A stretch of 64,000 nucleotides of DNA from Abditibacteriaceae bacterium (GCA_965277285.1 OZ255721.1:96001-160000), one strand, 5' to 3'; shown: positions 30,145 to 41,689, counted from the stretch's first letter. Translations and numbers: made by a program. Notes: generated from the sequence alone by a model not told the origin.

Positions 30145-31818
30145 TCAGTTCGGCGAGCCGAAACGATGGCGCGCTTTTTCGTCCAGTTGGCGCATTTCCT
30201 GATCGGCTTGCGCGGGATGCAAAGGAATCTCAAAGATAAAAGTCGAGCCTTTGCCGACTTCGCTTTCGACGTGAATGTGACCTTGATGACGTTCAATCAA
30301 ATGCTTCACCAGAAACAATCCGATGCCAGTGCCGCCCGCCGAACGCGTATCGCGGTCATCGACGCGCTCGAACTTTTCAAAGATGCGTCCGACCTTATCG
30401 GCAGGAATACCAATGCCATGATCGCGCACAGCCACGCGCAACACGTCTTCGTCGCTGCTGGCGTAAACCACGATTTCGCCACCGTGCGGCGAATACTTAA
30501 CGGCGTTGGACAACAGGTTCGTCAAAATCTGGTCGAATTTGTCGGCGTCGCCCAGAATCGAAGGAATAATGCCCTCGGTTTCGAGGCGAAACTGGTGCTT
30601 GTCGGTGTAGGAACCTTGCGCTTGCAACACTTTTTCAATCGTCGCCAGCGGCTCGAACAACGCCCAATTCATTTGCAAGGCGCGCCCCGATTCGATGCGC
30701 GACACGTTGAGCAAGTCTTCGATTAAGCGTTGCAAGCGGTCGCATTCCGAATCGATGATGCCATAAAATTCCAAGCGCGTTTCTTTGTCGTAATAATCGT
30801 TGGTGTCCTGCAGTAGCGTCGAGATAAAGCCTTTTATGGACGTGAGAGGCGTTCGCAGTTCGTGCGAAACGGTCGAAACAAAAGCGGTTTTCATGCGCTC
30901 GACTCCGCGAATTTCCGTGATGTCATTGAAAATGGCGACCACGCCGATGACGCTGGCGCGCTCGTCTTCACTGCGCACAAAAGCGGTCTGGCCTTGAAAA
31001 ATGCGTACTTCCGAAGCACCGCGCGGCGTTAATTCGATTTCACGCTGCGACTCCAGGCCACCTTCTGTTGCGTCGCGCAGCATCTCGATAATTTCATGCT
31101 GCGTGATTACTTCTGAGTACTGCTTTCCCACCGCGTTTTCGTCTTCCAGACCAAAAATGTGGCGCGCTGCGGAATTGATGAGCGAAATGTGACCTGTCGA
31201 TTCGACCATGACGACGCCGGCCATCAAGCTTTGCAAAGTCGCCTGCAAATGCTCACGTTCTTCGGTCATCTTCAAATACAATTGCGCATTGGCGAGCACG
31301 GCTGTGATCTGGCGCGCCATGATTGCGACCAGGCGCGCGTCTTCGGCGGTGAAGGCTTGTCCATCGCGCTTGTTGAGGACTTGCAGCACGCCGATCACTT
31401 CGCGGCTGACGATTTGTTGATGCTCGTCGCGCTGTTCCGTGATGAGAGGTTGCACCATCGCGTTGCGAATTTCCAATCGCTCGGCGAATTGTTGATCAAC
31501 GAGATTGTTTTGAAATATGTTGGGCACCGTCATCGGTTCGCCCGATTTAAAAACCGCGCCGCTGACGCCTTTGTTGAGCGGCACGCGCATTGATTTAATT
31601 TGTTCGGGCGTAAATCCCAACGCCGGAGGGCGCGCGACCAGTTGATGGCGTTCGCGGTCGTGCAACAAGAATATGCATTTTTCCGCTTGGATGAGCATCG
31701 CCACGCGCCGCACCAGACGCGACAACGTTTGTTCCAACTCGTTAACCGAGGGGAGAGATTCGTCGGGCCGAGTCCCATGAGGTCGGGGCGCGTTGCCGCC
31801 GGGTATGATCACGCACAC
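30145..31818 (-). CDS. GAF-PAS sensor histidine kinase
   Basis: IGVLQVLNK (GAF), [26 protein letters not shown]. Confidence 0.92.
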   Translation of the reverse strand: MCVIIPGGNAPRPHGTRPDESLPSVNELEQTLSRLVRRVAMLIQAEKCIFLLHDRERHQLVARPPALGFTPEQIKSMRVPLNKGVSGAVFKSGEPMTVPNIFQNNLVDQQFAERLEIRNAMVQPLITEQRDEHQQIVSREVIGVLQVLNKRDGQAFTAEDARLVAIMARQITAVLANAQLYLKMTEEREHLQATLQSLMAGVVMVESTGHISLINSAARHIFGLEDENAVGKQYSEVITQHEIIEMLRDATEGGLESQREIELTPRGASEVRIFQGQTAFVRSEDERASVIGVVAIFNDITEIRGVERMKTAFVSTVSHELRTPLTSIKGFISTLLQDTNDYYDKETRLEFYGIIDSECDRLQRLIEDLLNVSRIESGRALQMNWALFEPLATIEKVLQAQGSYTDKHQFRLETEGIIPSILGDADKFDQILTNLLSNAVKYSPHGGEIVVYASSDEDVLRVAVRDHGIGIPADKVGRIFEKFERVDDRDTRSAGGTGIGLFLVKHLIERHQGHIHVESEVGKGSTFIFEIPLHPAQADQEMRQLDEKARHRFGSPN

Positions 31819-32168
31819 GCTCCCGTTTCATCCAAACACTGCGAATGCAAACGCTGCGGATGAACGCTGAAGAAAACGCCGAACAAAGACATGGAAAAGG
31901 AAAAATCGCGCATGGCGCTGCTTAAACGAGCAAATCTTGGACTTCGTCATGCGAACGCGGCGCTACAATCAAATGCTGCCAAAAGTGGGACAAAAGTAAA
32001 ATCATGAACCACAGATGAACGTTGCGATGAACGAAAGGAATGCTGCGAGGATACACCAAAAAACAGTTTGACAAAAGGTATCAGGGAGACAAGCGGCTTT
32101 CTGGCGACCTCTCAAATACATTCAAGCGACAGCCTTCGAGTACTCGAAAACTGTCGCTTGAAAGGTCG

Positions 32169-32711
32169 TTAAGTGTGTTTGCGACGCGATTCGTTTTGCG
32201 GCTCGTTGCGTGGCTCATCGGGCGGACGCGGCGTGCGCGCAACCGGATTTTCTGCCTTGGGCGTGACGCGCGTTTCCAAACCAGGCAAGGTTTTTTCTGC
32301 ACTTGGCGCGTCTTCGTTTTCGTTTGCCGTCTCCAAATCGAAAACATCAATAATTTCTTCTGGTTTGGCGACTATGTCGGGCGTCATCGCAGCCAAATCA
32401 GACAGCGAAAAAGTTTCGAGTTGGCGATGAAAATCGAGCACGTCTTCGGGCGTGACGACTTCTTCGTCGAGAAAACGATCACGTTCCTGATCGGTCATTT
32501 CGTTGGGTTCGGCTTCGAGCATCGCCCAATCCCAGCGGCTTTCGGCGACAAAAGTTTCGCCCATGCGCTTGCAATGGCGGCAGCGATATTTCACGTAAAC
32601 GTAATCGCGGCTCGCGTCTCCGGGCGCACGGCGTTCGTACAAATCGGTGCGTAAAACTTCCTTCGACAGCACCTGATGTCCGCAACGGCAACGCACAATT
32701 GGTTTATTCAT
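32169..32711 (-). CDS. Hypothetical protein with N-terminal Cys motifs (possible zinc ribbon)
   Basis: CRCG...CRHC; GAGGG upstream. Confidence 0.65.
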   Translation of the reverse strand: MNKPIVRCRCGHQVLSKEVLRTDLYERRAPGDASRDYVYVKYRCRHCKRMGETFVAESRWDWAMLEAEPNEMTDQERDRFLDEEVVTPEDVLDFHRQLETFSLSDLAAMTPDIVAKPEEIIDVFDLETANENEDAPSAEKTLPGLETRVTPKAENPVARTPRPPDEPRNEPQNESRRKHT

Positions 32712-32810
32712 GTTCAGCGCCCTCCACTCGAAAGTATCGCAAACAACGCCTCAGACAACAATGCGGAAACGTCCGCAAATCGAGTACTCGAAACTCTTCT
32801 TTTGCCATCA

Positions 32811-33278
32811 TCATCCTGGCCCGTTGAAACTTAAGGCACGAAACATATGCAATTGAACATCGTATTCGACACCGAAAAACCCATCGCCGCCATCGCAAAC
32901 CACCATCGGTTGAGTCTTCCAATCCTTGTCCGCCATCGAAGCTTCACACGCATTCAGATAAATCATTTTGCGACCTTGGCGCCTAAATCCCGCGTATTGT
33001 CGATAATAATTAGTCAGCGATAAATGCGATTTAGGTTTCTGAGCATTCCAGAAACGCGGCGACGCGGCTTCAAGATTTTGCACATCGCGTGGCGAAACTT
33101 TCCACCAACCATCGGCTCTCGGCGACTCGCGCGAACATTGATGAAACAAACCTTTGGCTGCTGCGCCCGATAAGGTTACACCTCGAACCGGCGTTGCGGT
33201 TCTCGCCGCTGCGCTCAGCGAACCCAGCGACGGAAGAAACGACATTGCAGCGATTAAACCCACCAAAGCGTTTTTCAT
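32811..33278 (-). CDS. Hypothetical secreted protein
   Basis: Signal peptide; YYRQYAG...IYLNA...VCDGG. Confidence 0.65.
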   Translation of the reverse strand: MKNALVGLIAAMSFLPSLGSLSAAARTATPVRGVTLSGAAAKGLFHQCSRESPRADGWWKVSPRDVQNLEAASPRFWNAQKPKSHLSLTNYYRQYAGFRRQGRKMIYLNACEASMADKDWKTQPMVVCDGGDGFFGVEYDVQLHMFRALSFNGPG

Positions 33279-33311
33279 TTCGACCCTTTCTAATGCGTTT
33301 CAAACTAAACT

Positions 33312-34529
33312 TTAAGCGCCGCGCCAACTTGATGGCATAAACAATTGCAAATAAGTTTGCGAAGCGAAACGATCGGTCATGCCAGCGATGTAATCACAGA
33401 CGATGCGCGCGCGTTCCGGCTGCATCGCATTTGGCGCTTGCATCGCATTTTGCGGCACGCTCATGTTTCTCATCAATGCCGGTTCTTCCATAAATCGCTC
33501 GAACAACGCCGCGATGACGCGCATCACGCGTGGCGTTTCATCGACGCTCTCCAATTGATAAACGTGCTCAAACATCCAGTTTTTCAATTGGTCGGTCGCC
33601 TGCATCACGTCATCGCTCATCGCAATCCGCTCGCGTACACGACGAACTTTTGCATCGGTCGCGCCATCGCCATTCGAGTACTCGATATTCGTATTTTCAA
33701 GTTCGCTGTTCGTTAATTCGCTACTGGCGCGAATGATGGCGCCGATCATGGTCGTGATGCGTTTGGCGTGTGTGTCGCCCAAAATGGCGACGCAATCTTG
33801 CGGCAAATCGGCGGCGCGAATCAATCCAGCGCGCGTGGCATCGTCGATGTCGTGGTTGACATAGGCCACGCGATCGCAAATGCGCACGACTTGGCCTTCC
33901 AAAGTTGCCGGTAGATCGGGAAGTTTCCCGCTCTGAGAAGCCGCGTTTTCGCCGACCATCAAGTCGCTTTTGCCTTTGGAATGGTGCAGAATGCCGTCGC
34001 GCGTTTCCCACGTCAGGTTCAGGCCAGAACCGTTTTTTTCGAGTTTGTCGACCAGTCGCAGCGATTGTTCGTAATGGCGAAAGCGCGCGTTCGGGTCGAA
34101 CTTACGATAAGCCGCATCGAGCGCTTCTTCGCCGACATGACCAAACGGCGCGTGACCCAGATCGTGTCCCAAACCAATCGCTTCGGTCAAGTCTTCGTTG
34201 AGGCGCAGGGCGCGCGACACAGTTCGGGCGATTTGCGCGACTTCGAGCGTATGCGTCAAGCGTGTGCGATAATGGTCGTGCTCGGGCGACACGAAAACCT
34301 GCGTTTTGTGCTTCAAGCGGCGAAACGCCTTGCAATGCAAAATGCGGTCGCGGTCGCGCTGCCAGTCGGTTCGCAGGTCGTCTTCAGCTTCGCGGCGCAT
34401 TCTCCCGCGCGAAAGATGCGACTTGGCGGCGCGCGGATCGAGCCAGGCGTCTTCGCGCTCTTGCAACATTCGCCCGATGTCAGAAAATTCGGTGGAAGAC
34501 ATTAATTCCGTCACAATTCGAGTACTCAT
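33312..34529 (-). CDS. dgt: dGTP triphosphohydrolase-like HD-domain protein
   Basis: RDRDRILH, KTQVF, RTRLTHTLEV, HDLGHAPFGH, DYIAGMTD. Confidence 0.92.
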   Translation of the reverse strand: MSTRIVTELMSSTEFSDIGRMLQEREDAWLDPRAAKSHLSRGRMRREAEDDLRTDWQRDRDRILHCKAFRRLKHKTQVFVSPEHDHYRTRLTHTLEVAQIARTVSRALRLNEDLTEAIGLGHDLGHAPFGHVGEEALDAAYRKFDPNARFRHYEQSLRLVDKLEKNGSGLNLTWETRDGILHHSKGKSDLMVGENAASQSGKLPDLPATLEGQVVRICDRVAYVNHDIDDATRAGLIRAADLPQDCVAILGDTHAKRITTMIGAIIRASSELTNSELENTNIEYSNGDGATDAKVRRVRERIAMSDDVMQATDQLKNWMFEHVYQLESVDETPRVMRVIAALFERFMEEPALMRNMSVPQNAMQAPNAMQPERARIVCDYIAGMTDRFASQTYLQLFMPSSWRGA

Positions 34530-34617
34530 TAGGGAAGTATGGCACGGGAACGGCCTTTTAACCTTAACTTCGGCGTCAAACTCGTGAAAGATGTTTCGGA
34601 AAGAACCGAAGGATAGA

Positions 34618-34728
34618 ACACGGAACTTCGTTACACGGATTGAACAGGTTGCAACGGATCAGGAAAAAGAAATCGAGTACTCGAGAATCCGTGTTCATCC
34701 GTTCGATCCATGTAACGAAGTTCCGTGT
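34618..34728. repeat. Imperfect inverted repeat (CACGGA-type) enclosing a TCGAGTACTCGA copy
   Basis: ACACGGAACTTCGTTACACGGATTGAAC pairs with GTTCGATCCATGTAACGAAGTTCCGTGT. Confidence 0.8.
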
Positions 34729-34779
34729 CCCTTTTCCACTTTTAACTTGCAAATACAGCTTTTACAACATGAGAAAAAT

Positions 34780-35682
34780 ATGAAACAAACAACTCTTTAT
34801 GCGCTAATTCCCTTGACGTTTGGACTTCTGGCAGCCCCCGCACGCGCGTGGTGGCCGCAAGGTCACAGCCTGATAACTGCCGGTGCAGTGCGCGCTTTGC
34901 CCGCCGATGTTCCGGCGTTTTTCGAGCGCAACATCGACATTACGGCGAGTTGCGCGCAAGACCCGGACGCTTTCAAAAGCCGCGATTTGCCGCAAGTCAC
35001 CGATGCCGAAGCGCCCGATCATTTTTTCGACTGGGAAAATTTGGGCGGTCGAGCTTTGCCACCGACGCGCGGCGCCTTTATCAAACTGTGCGCGCAACTC
35101 AAAATTGATCCGCAGCACGTTGGTTACGTGCCATATTCAGTCGCCGAATGGACGCAGCGCTTGACTGTGGCTTTTGCCGAATACAGGAAAAGCCCGAACG
35201 ATGCGGCGATTCAGGCCAAGACGAGCGTTTATGCGGGCATTTTGTCTCACTACGCGGCGGATTTGTGTATGCCGCTCCATGTCACAGTTGACTTCGATGG
35301 CCGCGCTAATGCCGACGGACGTTCGCCACACAGCGGCATTCACGCCAGAATTGATTCGCTGCCGGAACGCTTGGGTCTGACTTCGCAACAATTGGCGCGG
35401 GGCCAAAACGTTCAACCCTTGGGCGATTTGATGACTGGCATCGTGCGTGAAATCGGCCTCAGCCGCGCGCAAATCAATACGGCGTATCGTTTGGCGAACC
35501 AGTTGCCGCCGGAAGATTTGAGACGGCAAACCTGGAAACCGTCCGCGATTATGCGCGCCTGGGCAACCGCTCGAACGCGCGAAGCGACACGTTTCACTGC
35601 CGCGCTTTTTCTCACGGCCTGGCGCAATTCCGCGAAACAGCAACCGCCGTCGTGGTGGCATCCGAAAGCGGCGCGGTTTTAG
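34780..35682 (+). CDS. Secreted S1/P1 nuclease or Zn-dependent phospholipase C-like protein
   Basis: Signal peptide, then AWWPQGH; PD, HFFD, HYAADLCMPLH, GIHARID metal ligands. Confidence 0.78.
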   Translation: MKQTTLYALIPLTFGLLAAPARAWWPQGHSLITAGAVRALPADVPAFFERNIDITASCAQDPDAFKSRDLPQVTDAEAPDHFFDWENLGGRALPPTRGAFIKLCAQLKIDPQHVGYVPYSVAEWTQRLTVAFAEYRKSPNDAAIQAKTSVYAGILSHYAADLCMPLHVTVDFDGRANADGRSPHSGIHARIDSLPERLGLTSQQLARGQNVQPLGDLMTGIVREIGLSRAQINTAYRLANQLPPEDLRRQTWKPSAIMRAWATARTREATRFTAALFLTAWRNSAKQQPPSWWHPKAARF

Positions 35683-35829
35683 CCACGAAGAACTGAAAGT
35701 GACTTTGCTGAAGCGATAACGAACCCCCAGCGTAAGCGCGGGGCTGAAGTAACTGCTACGTCAGCTCCGCGCTTACGCTTGGGGTTCTGGCCAGATGCGG
35801 CGTCTCGCGCGTTAAAAGTTTTAGCGTCT

Positions 35830-36891
35830 CTAAAAGTGCTGCGTCATCACCAGCAAGAAGGCGACGAAGAGAGCAATGCTCATCACGATCAGCATTCCAA
35901 CGGTGTTTTCGTCGCCAATCGAAGGTCGCGTCGAAGCTGCGTTGGACAAGCGTTCTACGTTTCGAGTACTCGAAACCTCGTCTGCTGCGAACATTGGCGC
36001 TTTTACGGATGTTTCATTGAATAACGCATCGTTTTCCTGCAACAGATTCCACCATTCGAGCGCAGTTTGCGGTCGCGCCAGTGCGTCCATCGCCAAACCT
36101 GTATGCAAAACGTGTTCGGTGTGCGCGCTGACCGTCGGGTTGATTTGTCTTAAGTCGGGCAGGGCGGTTCCCGAGGCGCGGTCGGGCGCATCGGGCGGCG
36201 GAGCGCCGGACAGCAAATGCCACAACGTCGCGGCGAGCGCGTAAACATCGCTCCAGGTTCCGGTGCGCGCCGCCCGCGAATACTGCTCGAGCGGCGCGTA
36301 GCCTGAGGTTCCCTGCGCGCTTTGCGGAACCAGCAACGTCGTCAAATAAGCGCCTGTCGGCACTGGACGCGTCAGGCCAAAGTCGAGCAGAACGACGCGC
36401 CCGTCGCGGCAACGAATCACATTCGCCGGTTTGATGTCGCCGTGCAAAAGTCCGCCGCGATGCACCGCGTCAACCGCTTCGCAGACCGGATGAATCAAAT
36501 CCAAGGCTTCATTTTGCGGCAAAGCGTCGCGCTCTTCCACAATTTCCTGCAAGGTTTGTCCGTCGAGAAATTCGGTCACGAGATACGCGGTGCCGTTTTC
36601 TTCCCACACGCCGAAAACATGGACGATGTTGCGATGAGCGAAACGCGCGAGGTTGCGCGCTTCCTCGACGAAAGCGGCGCGCATTTGCGAGTACTCGATG
36701 GCGTTGGACGATTGAACTTGCGCCCCGACGCGCGTGCTGCCGAACGGAAAAAACTCTTTGAGCGCGACATCACGCTGCAACGAGGTGTCGCGCGCGCGAT
36801 AAGTGAAGCCCGAACCGCCGCGCCCGATTTCTTCGCCCAACACAAAAACGCCATGTTGCAAAGTTGTCCCGATTGGCAAAGCGTCGTTCAT
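35830..36891 (-). CDS. Ser/Thr protein kinase (non-RD) with C-terminal TM helix
   Basis: GRGGSG, VALKEFFP, HGDIKPAN, DFG, GYAPLEQY; ATG 36891 overlaps the upstream stop (ATGA). Confidence 0.9.
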   Translation of the reverse strand: MNDALPIGTTLQHGVFVLGEEIGRGGSGFTYRARDTSLQRDVALKEFFPFGSTRVGAQVQSSNAIEYSQMRAAFVEEARNLARFAHRNIVHVFGVWEENGTAYLVTEFLDGQTLQEIVEERDALPQNEALDLIHPVCEAVDAVHRGGLLHGDIKPANVIRCRDGRVVLLDFGLTRPVPTGAYLTTLLVPQSAQGTSGYAPLEQYSRAARTGTWSDVYALAATLWHLLSGAPPPDAPDRASGTALPDLRQINPTVSAHTEHVLHTGLAMDALARPQTALEWWNLLQENDALFNETSVKAPMFAADEVSSTRNVERLSNAASTRPSIGDENTVGMLIVMSIALFVAFLLVMTQHF

Positions 36892-38072
36892 GGAAGAGGA
36901 AAAGTCGGCAAGCGCCATATTGGTAAACGCCATAACAGCACTTCGTTGCCGCACAAGGCAATTATCGAAGAACCGTCGCGCGAGGCTGTGAGATGCAAGA
37001 CCGGCGCAGCAAGATGCGCGAGCGATGTCGTCGTTCCTGTCCACGAATCGAGACGCGCCAAAGTTCCCTGTGCGAATCCGATTACCACGCTGCGATTGTC
37101 AGCGAAGCACAACGCGGTGACAGCGCCGAAGTCCGCGTTTTCGCCAGCTGCAGGAAATTGTGCCAACTCGAAACCATTTTGCGACGCGTAAAGGCGCACT
37201 GTTCCATCATAGCCGCCGCTCGCCAGCATTTGCGCGTTGGGCGAAAACGCTACGCTGGAAACCCATAAATGGTGCGCCTCGAAACTCCATTGAGGCTGTG
37301 ATGTCATCTGCAACGCTTGCATGTTCCACATTTGAACTTGCCCACTTTCGTTGCCACAGACGAGCCAAGTCGCATTTGGCGCAATGGCCACACGATGCAA
37401 ACCACACAATTCGAGTGTTATTGCTGGCGCTTTCTGCGGAGATTTCAAATCCCACAACGCAATCGTTCCATCTTCGCTGGCCACGGCAAGAACTTCGGCC
37501 TCGCTCGCCATCGCCAACGATGTCGCAACCGCGCCCTTAGTCAGCAATCGAGTACTCGATGCGCCGTGCAACGCTTCCACAAGTTCGAGACGGCCATCAT
37601 CAAACGCCAGAACGACGCGTTCATGTGCCGCATCAAAACTCGCCATCGAACAACGGAAAATCTTTTTTGTGCGCGGTGCCGAAACCAATTGCAACGTGTC
37701 GCGCTGCAGATTCCAAAACTGCAAGGCGCCGTTGCTGGTCATCAGAGCAACGGTTTCCTCTTGTGATTGTTGCGACCAGAACGCGGCGCATAAAAGCGTT
37801 TCATCGACTTTGCGCCGCGCGATGAGTTGCAGTTCTTGTGGTTCTGATTGCTCAAGCGAGTTGTTCTGTTGTGGCTTTGTCGGCTTTGGAAGGTTTGGCA
37901 AAACGGCGCGACGTTGGGGAAGTTGCAGCGGCGCATTTAATGGCGGCGCGTCCAATCGAGTACTCGATTGCTTTGCGGCAGATTTTTGCGGCGGCAAACC
38001 ATGCAAGGGCGAACCGCAAGTACGGCAAGTTTCGCCTGAATTGTTGTCGGTGAAGCAAAAAGGACAACGCAT
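36888..38072 (-). CDS. Zinc-ribbon plus WD40-repeat protein
   Basis: CPFC..CRTC; DGTIALWD, VAFSPNAQMLASGGYDGTVRLY. Confidence 0.85.
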   Translation of the reverse strand: MRCPFCFTDNNSGETCRTCGSPLHGLPPQKSAAKQSSTRLDAPPLNAPLQLPQRRAVLPNLPKPTKPQQNNSLEQSEPQELQLIARRKVDETLLCAAFWSQQSQEETVALMTSNGALQFWNLQRDTLQLVSAPRTKKIFRCSMASFDAAHERVVLAFDDGRLELVEALHGASSTRLLTKGAVATSLAMASEAEVLAVASEDGTIALWDLKSPQKAPAITLELCGLHRVAIAPNATWLVCGNESGQVQMWNMQALQMTSQPQWSFEAHHLWVSSVAFSPNAQMLASGGYDGTVRLYASQNGFELAQFPAAGENADFGAVTALCFADNRSVVIGFAQGTLARLDSWTGTTTSLAHLAAPVLHLTASRDGSSIIALCGNEVLLWRLPIWRLPTFPLP

Positions 38073-38093
38073 GATGTTGCGAGGAACAGAGAC

Positions 38094-40790
38094 TTACTGC
38101 CATTTCAATTGATCTAAACGCCAGGTGAGCAGTTTTCCGTCGCCGTTTATGACATACAAAAATTTGTTGTCGGGCGAGAACGTGTAACCAGACAGCGGTA
38201 ACAATTGTAGAGGTGACACACCCGGAAGCGGATTGTCATCCCGCGTAGACAAAACAGCGATGCCCAAAGGCTTCATCGTTTTTGGGTCAAATCTTCTGAC
38301 GAAAGCAACCCAAGCGTCTTGAGCACCGGGGGATGAACATGAACATATGCCTAAGATAAAGCGAGGGCCTGAAGACCATACCAACGGCCAACTGCGCCAA
38401 GCATTGCTGGCTAATGAAGAAGGTGTGATGTCAGCCATTTCCTGCACGGCGGTATCGGAAGATTGAAAATCAATGATCGCTGTCCTCATCACTCCACCTG
38501 TGGGTGAGGGATTTGAGGTTGAGGTCGCAAAGCGATTGCCTGGCAAAAGTTGAGCTGCAAGCATATCTGCCGAATTTGGAAGATTTTGTATTGCTATCGT
38601 TTTTCCGGTTCGGACCTCGTATCGTTGCATCTGACTTTGACCCGCTGCCGCAGGAAAAAACGAAATCCACTGCTTTGAATCCAAAGTGAACATCAATCGA
38701 GAAAACGAAGTTTGTGCTCGAGTTGTAAAAAGTGTCTTGCCCGATTCTGTACTCCAAATCTCAATCGTCGAAGACGTTGGCATACCGATCACGAACTTTC
38801 CGTTTGGCGAAATATCAAAAGTCCCCGAGTAGTGAGTTTTACCTGGCTCCTCGCGCCAGAAAAACTTTCGTTTGCCCGTTTTTGCATCCCATAATTGTGC
38901 ACCGTTGACTGTTTGCTCTAACAAAAGCGAGCCATCGGCTGAAAACTTCCGCATCGCGCTACCTGCAATTTTTGGCAAAACACAAATTGGGCGCAAGGAA
39001 GGAACCTCATAAATGTGGCTTTTCTGGTTTAATCCATCAGTCACGATCAACTTTTTCCCGTCGGCAGAAAATTGACAAGAACCCTGTTCTATATATTGCA
39101 CGACCGGAAGTTGTCTGCTTGCAAAAGGCTGTTGCACCTCGAGATTCTGACTTTGAAGGAAGTCGTTTACATCTGTCGTCGGTTGAGAATTGTAGGCGGG
39201 AGTTATGGGAATAAGTTGTCCAGGGTCGGCGGCGTGCCTTTCCATTTTGCCAACAATGCTGAGAAAGGCAACGCCGAACATCACGCCAAAAATGCTCAAT
39301 ACAATCCGCAAAGGCGGCGGCACTTTGCTGCTGCGCACCTGAATCGAACCTTGAGAAGCCTGCGACGAAGGCAACAAAGGTTGCGCGCCGCTCGATGTTG
39401 ATTGCAACGAGGAAACCGCAGTTCCGCGCGTAGCGATTAAAGCCATCAGCGCGTCTTGCGGCGAAGTTCCGATGTTGGGTGCGGGAGGCGAAGGCGGCAG
39501 AGAGTTCAGCAATTGCTGGCGCGCTACAACCGAAGGTCGTTCATATTCTTTGTCGCCGCCAACATTGGTCGATGCCGTCGGATTTTTACGCGTTGTAAGC
39601 GAAGGTCGTTCATATTTCTTAACGACACCAACGCGAGACAAGGATTCTAACTTTTCGCGCGCTTCAATTGAGGCTCGCTCGTACTGCTTATCAAAACTCA
39701 AGTTCTCGTTGATGGTTTTGGTTTCTTTCTGCGGGAACTTGGGCGTGTAACCTTGAGCATTTGGCAATTGAGTACTCGATAGTTCGTTCTTTAATAGTGA
39801 CGACATCAGTAGCAAAGTGTGGCCGTGCAGCATTTGCAGGAACTCGTCCACGCTTTGCGGACGCCGCGCGACCTGCGTTTCCATTGCGCAACCCAGCGCC
39901 GCCGAAACTGTTGGGCTGACTTGCGGATTCAGTTCATGCGCCGGACGCAGTTCGACGCCCAGTGCGCGGTCGGATGCGGCGGGCGGCATTTCTCCCGTCA
40001 GCAAGTGATAAAGCGTCGCCGACAAACTGTAAATATCGGTGTAGGCGCCGCGCGTGGCGTTTTCGGCGTATTGTTCCAGCGGCGCGTAGCCTGGCGTTAC
40101 CACAACGCTGCGGTCTTGCGGAGTTTGCGTGCCGTTCGAGTACTCGAAAGAGTATTCGCGGGCGGTGCCGAAATCAATCAGCATCACGCGACCGTCATCG
40201 CATCGCACAATGTTGGCCGGCTTGATGTCGCGGTGCAACAATCCGCGACGATGCACTTCGCTCAAGGCCGCGCCGACGCGCTGCGCCAACCCCAAAACTT
40301 CCGGCTCGTCCAAAGGCTGGTTGCGCTCGTGCAAAACATCTTCGAGCGTTTGGCCTTCCAACAATTCCATTACCATGTAGGCCGCGTTGTTTTCTTCCCA
40401 AACGCTGTAAACATCGACAATGGACGGGTGCTTAAAACGCGCCAGCACGCGCGCTTCCTCGACAAATTGCTGCTTGAAGGATGAGAAATCCACAGACGAA
40501 ATCGCTTGCGACGGTTGCACGGTAAAAACTGGGAAACGCTTGCAACCAAAGGGGAAAAACTCTTTGATGGCGACCGGACGTTGCAGTGACAAATCGAAGC
40601 CGCGATAAGTGATGCCGAAACCGCCCTGACCTAAAACCGCGTCGATGCGATACGTTTCATATTGCAGCATTGTGCCCGGCGGCAACGCGTCGGTCGCGGC
40701 GACATCTGCGGCGCGCGACAACGAAGCGCCGCAGGAAGAACACGCGAGCGCATCATCGATGTTGGTCGAACCGCACAAAGAACAATTCAT
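38094..40790 (-). CDS. Zinc-ribbon, Ser/Thr kinase, TM and beta-propeller protein
   Basis: CSLC..CSSC; GQGGFG, HRDIKPAN, DFG, GYAPLEQY; TM segment; FSADGK/ISPNGK/FSPDNK repeats. Confidence 0.88.
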   Translation of the reverse strand: MNCSLCGSTNIDDALACSSCGASLSRAADVAATDALPPGTMLQYETYRIDAVLGQGGFGITYRGFDLSLQRPVAIKEFFPFGCKRFPVFTVQPSQAISSVDFSSFKQQFVEEARVLARFKHPSIVDVYSVWEENNAAYMVMELLEGQTLEDVLHERNQPLDEPEVLGLAQRVGAALSEVHRRGLLHRDIKPANIVRCDDGRVMLIDFGTAREYSFEYSNGTQTPQDRSVVVTPGYAPLEQYAENATRGAYTDIYSLSATLYHLLTGEMPPAASDRALGVELRPAHELNPQVSPTVSAALGCAMETQVARRPQSVDEFLQMLHGHTLLLMSSLLKNELSSTQLPNAQGYTPKFPQKETKTINENLSFDKQYERASIEAREKLESLSRVGVVKKYERPSLTTRKNPTASTNVGGDKEYERPSVVARQQLLNSLPPSPPAPNIGTSPQDALMALIATRGTAVSSLQSTSSGAQPLLPSSQASQGSIQVRSSKVPPPLRIVLSIFGVMFGVAFLSIVGKMERHAADPGQLIPITPAYNSQPTTDVNDFLQSQNLEVQQPFASRQLPVVQYIEQGSCQFSADGKKLIVTDGLNQKSHIYEVPSLRPICVLPKIAGSAMRKFSADGSLLLEQTVNGAQLWDAKTGKRKFFWREEPGKTHYSGTFDISPNGKFVIGMPTSSTIEIWSTESGKTLFTTRAQTSFSRLMFTLDSKQWISFFPAAAGQSQMQRYEVRTGKTIAIQNLPNSADMLAAQLLPGNRFATSTSNPSPTGGVMRTAIIDFQSSDTAVQEMADITPSSLASNAWRSWPLVWSSGPRFILGICSCSSPGAQDAWVAFVRRFDPKTMKPLGIAVLSTRDDNPLPGVSPLQLLPLSGYTFSPDNKFLYVINGDGKLLTWRLDQLKWQ

Positions 40791-40832
40791 AGGAATTCAA
40801 TTAACGAACCCGAAGCGTCAGCGACGGTCTGA

Positions 40833-41689
40833 GAGGGTGTATAGGAATCACGCAAGCCTTCGGAGCATAAGCCGGATCATGGCGAGATAAATCCAGGTTT
40901 CACTTGATTTGACATTTTGCTCATAGTCTTTTGAAAGCCTTCGACATCTTCCCAACCATGCAAAAGTTCTTTCGACAACCCAGCGACGCGGCAACGGCAC
41001 GTAGCCTTTGTTTTCATATTGACGGTTCACCAGGGCATTGCGGCTTATCACTCGGAGCGCAACGCCACAGTTTTCTCGCACCCAAGCCGCGAACTTGTGT
41101 CCCCAGTAGCCTGCATCCGCCCAAATCAACTGCAAACGTTGTGAAGGAAAGCGCCACAGGGCTTTGTCTTGCAAAAGTAATTTGGCTCCGTCACGCTCTT
41201 GAACGTTGGCAGCATGAACACACACTTGCAACAACAAGCCGTTGGTATCCACTAGAATATGACGCTTGCGCCCTTTTATTTTCTTGGCTGCATCAAAGCC
41301 TTTTGGCCCCCTTTTTCTGTGGTTTTGACGCTCTGGCTGTCCAGAATCGCTGCGCTGGGCGCCTCATCCCGTCCATCGGCCTGGCGCACTTGAGAACGCA
41401 ACGAACTGTGGATACCTTCGAGAGTGCCGTTGTCACGCCAGCGCCGGAAGTGATACCAAACCACAGTGTAAGGCGGAAAATCGTGAGGCAAAGCACGCCA
41501 CGAGCAGCCGTTGGTCAACTGATACAACAAAGCGTTGACGATCTCGCGTTGGGCGTAAAGCCTGCGCGTACCGCGCGCACGCTGTGGCTCGATCAAAGGG
41601 CGCAGCACTTGCCATTGTGCCTCGCTCAAATCACTGGGATAGCTCTGGCGTTTCATAAATGTAAGTCTAACCCTTTCCTATACACCCTC
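40833..41689 (-). mobile_element. IS5-family insertion sequence (about 857 bp, two-ORF transposase)
   Basis: Terminal inverted repeats (A)GAGGGTGTATAGGAA (40832-40847) and TTCCTATACACCCTC(T) (41675-41690); TNA flanks TGA and TAA. Confidence 0.92.
40848..41656 (-). CDS. IS5-family DDE transposase; orfA 41276-41656 and orfB joined by a probable -1 frameshift
   Basis: [36 protein letters not shown] slippery run near 41307-41316 leads into [34 protein letters not shown]. Confidence 0.9.

Noticed and set aside
33312..34529. dGTPase as an anti-phage defence gene
   Set aside because: It is the short housekeeping-type Dgt and has no defence-island context.
34591..34779. N-terminal extensions of ORF-track calls (nuclease here; also cdaA 15497, cdaR 16302, GH27 59015, korB 60101)
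   Set aside because: The extensions translate REP or heptamer repeats or overlap the neighbouring gene; downstream ATGs give family-typical N-termini.
41276..41320. Transposase as a pseudogene
   Set aside because: The break falls on an AAAAAGGGGG run typical of programmed frameshifting in two-ORF IS5-family elements, and the inverted repeats are intact.
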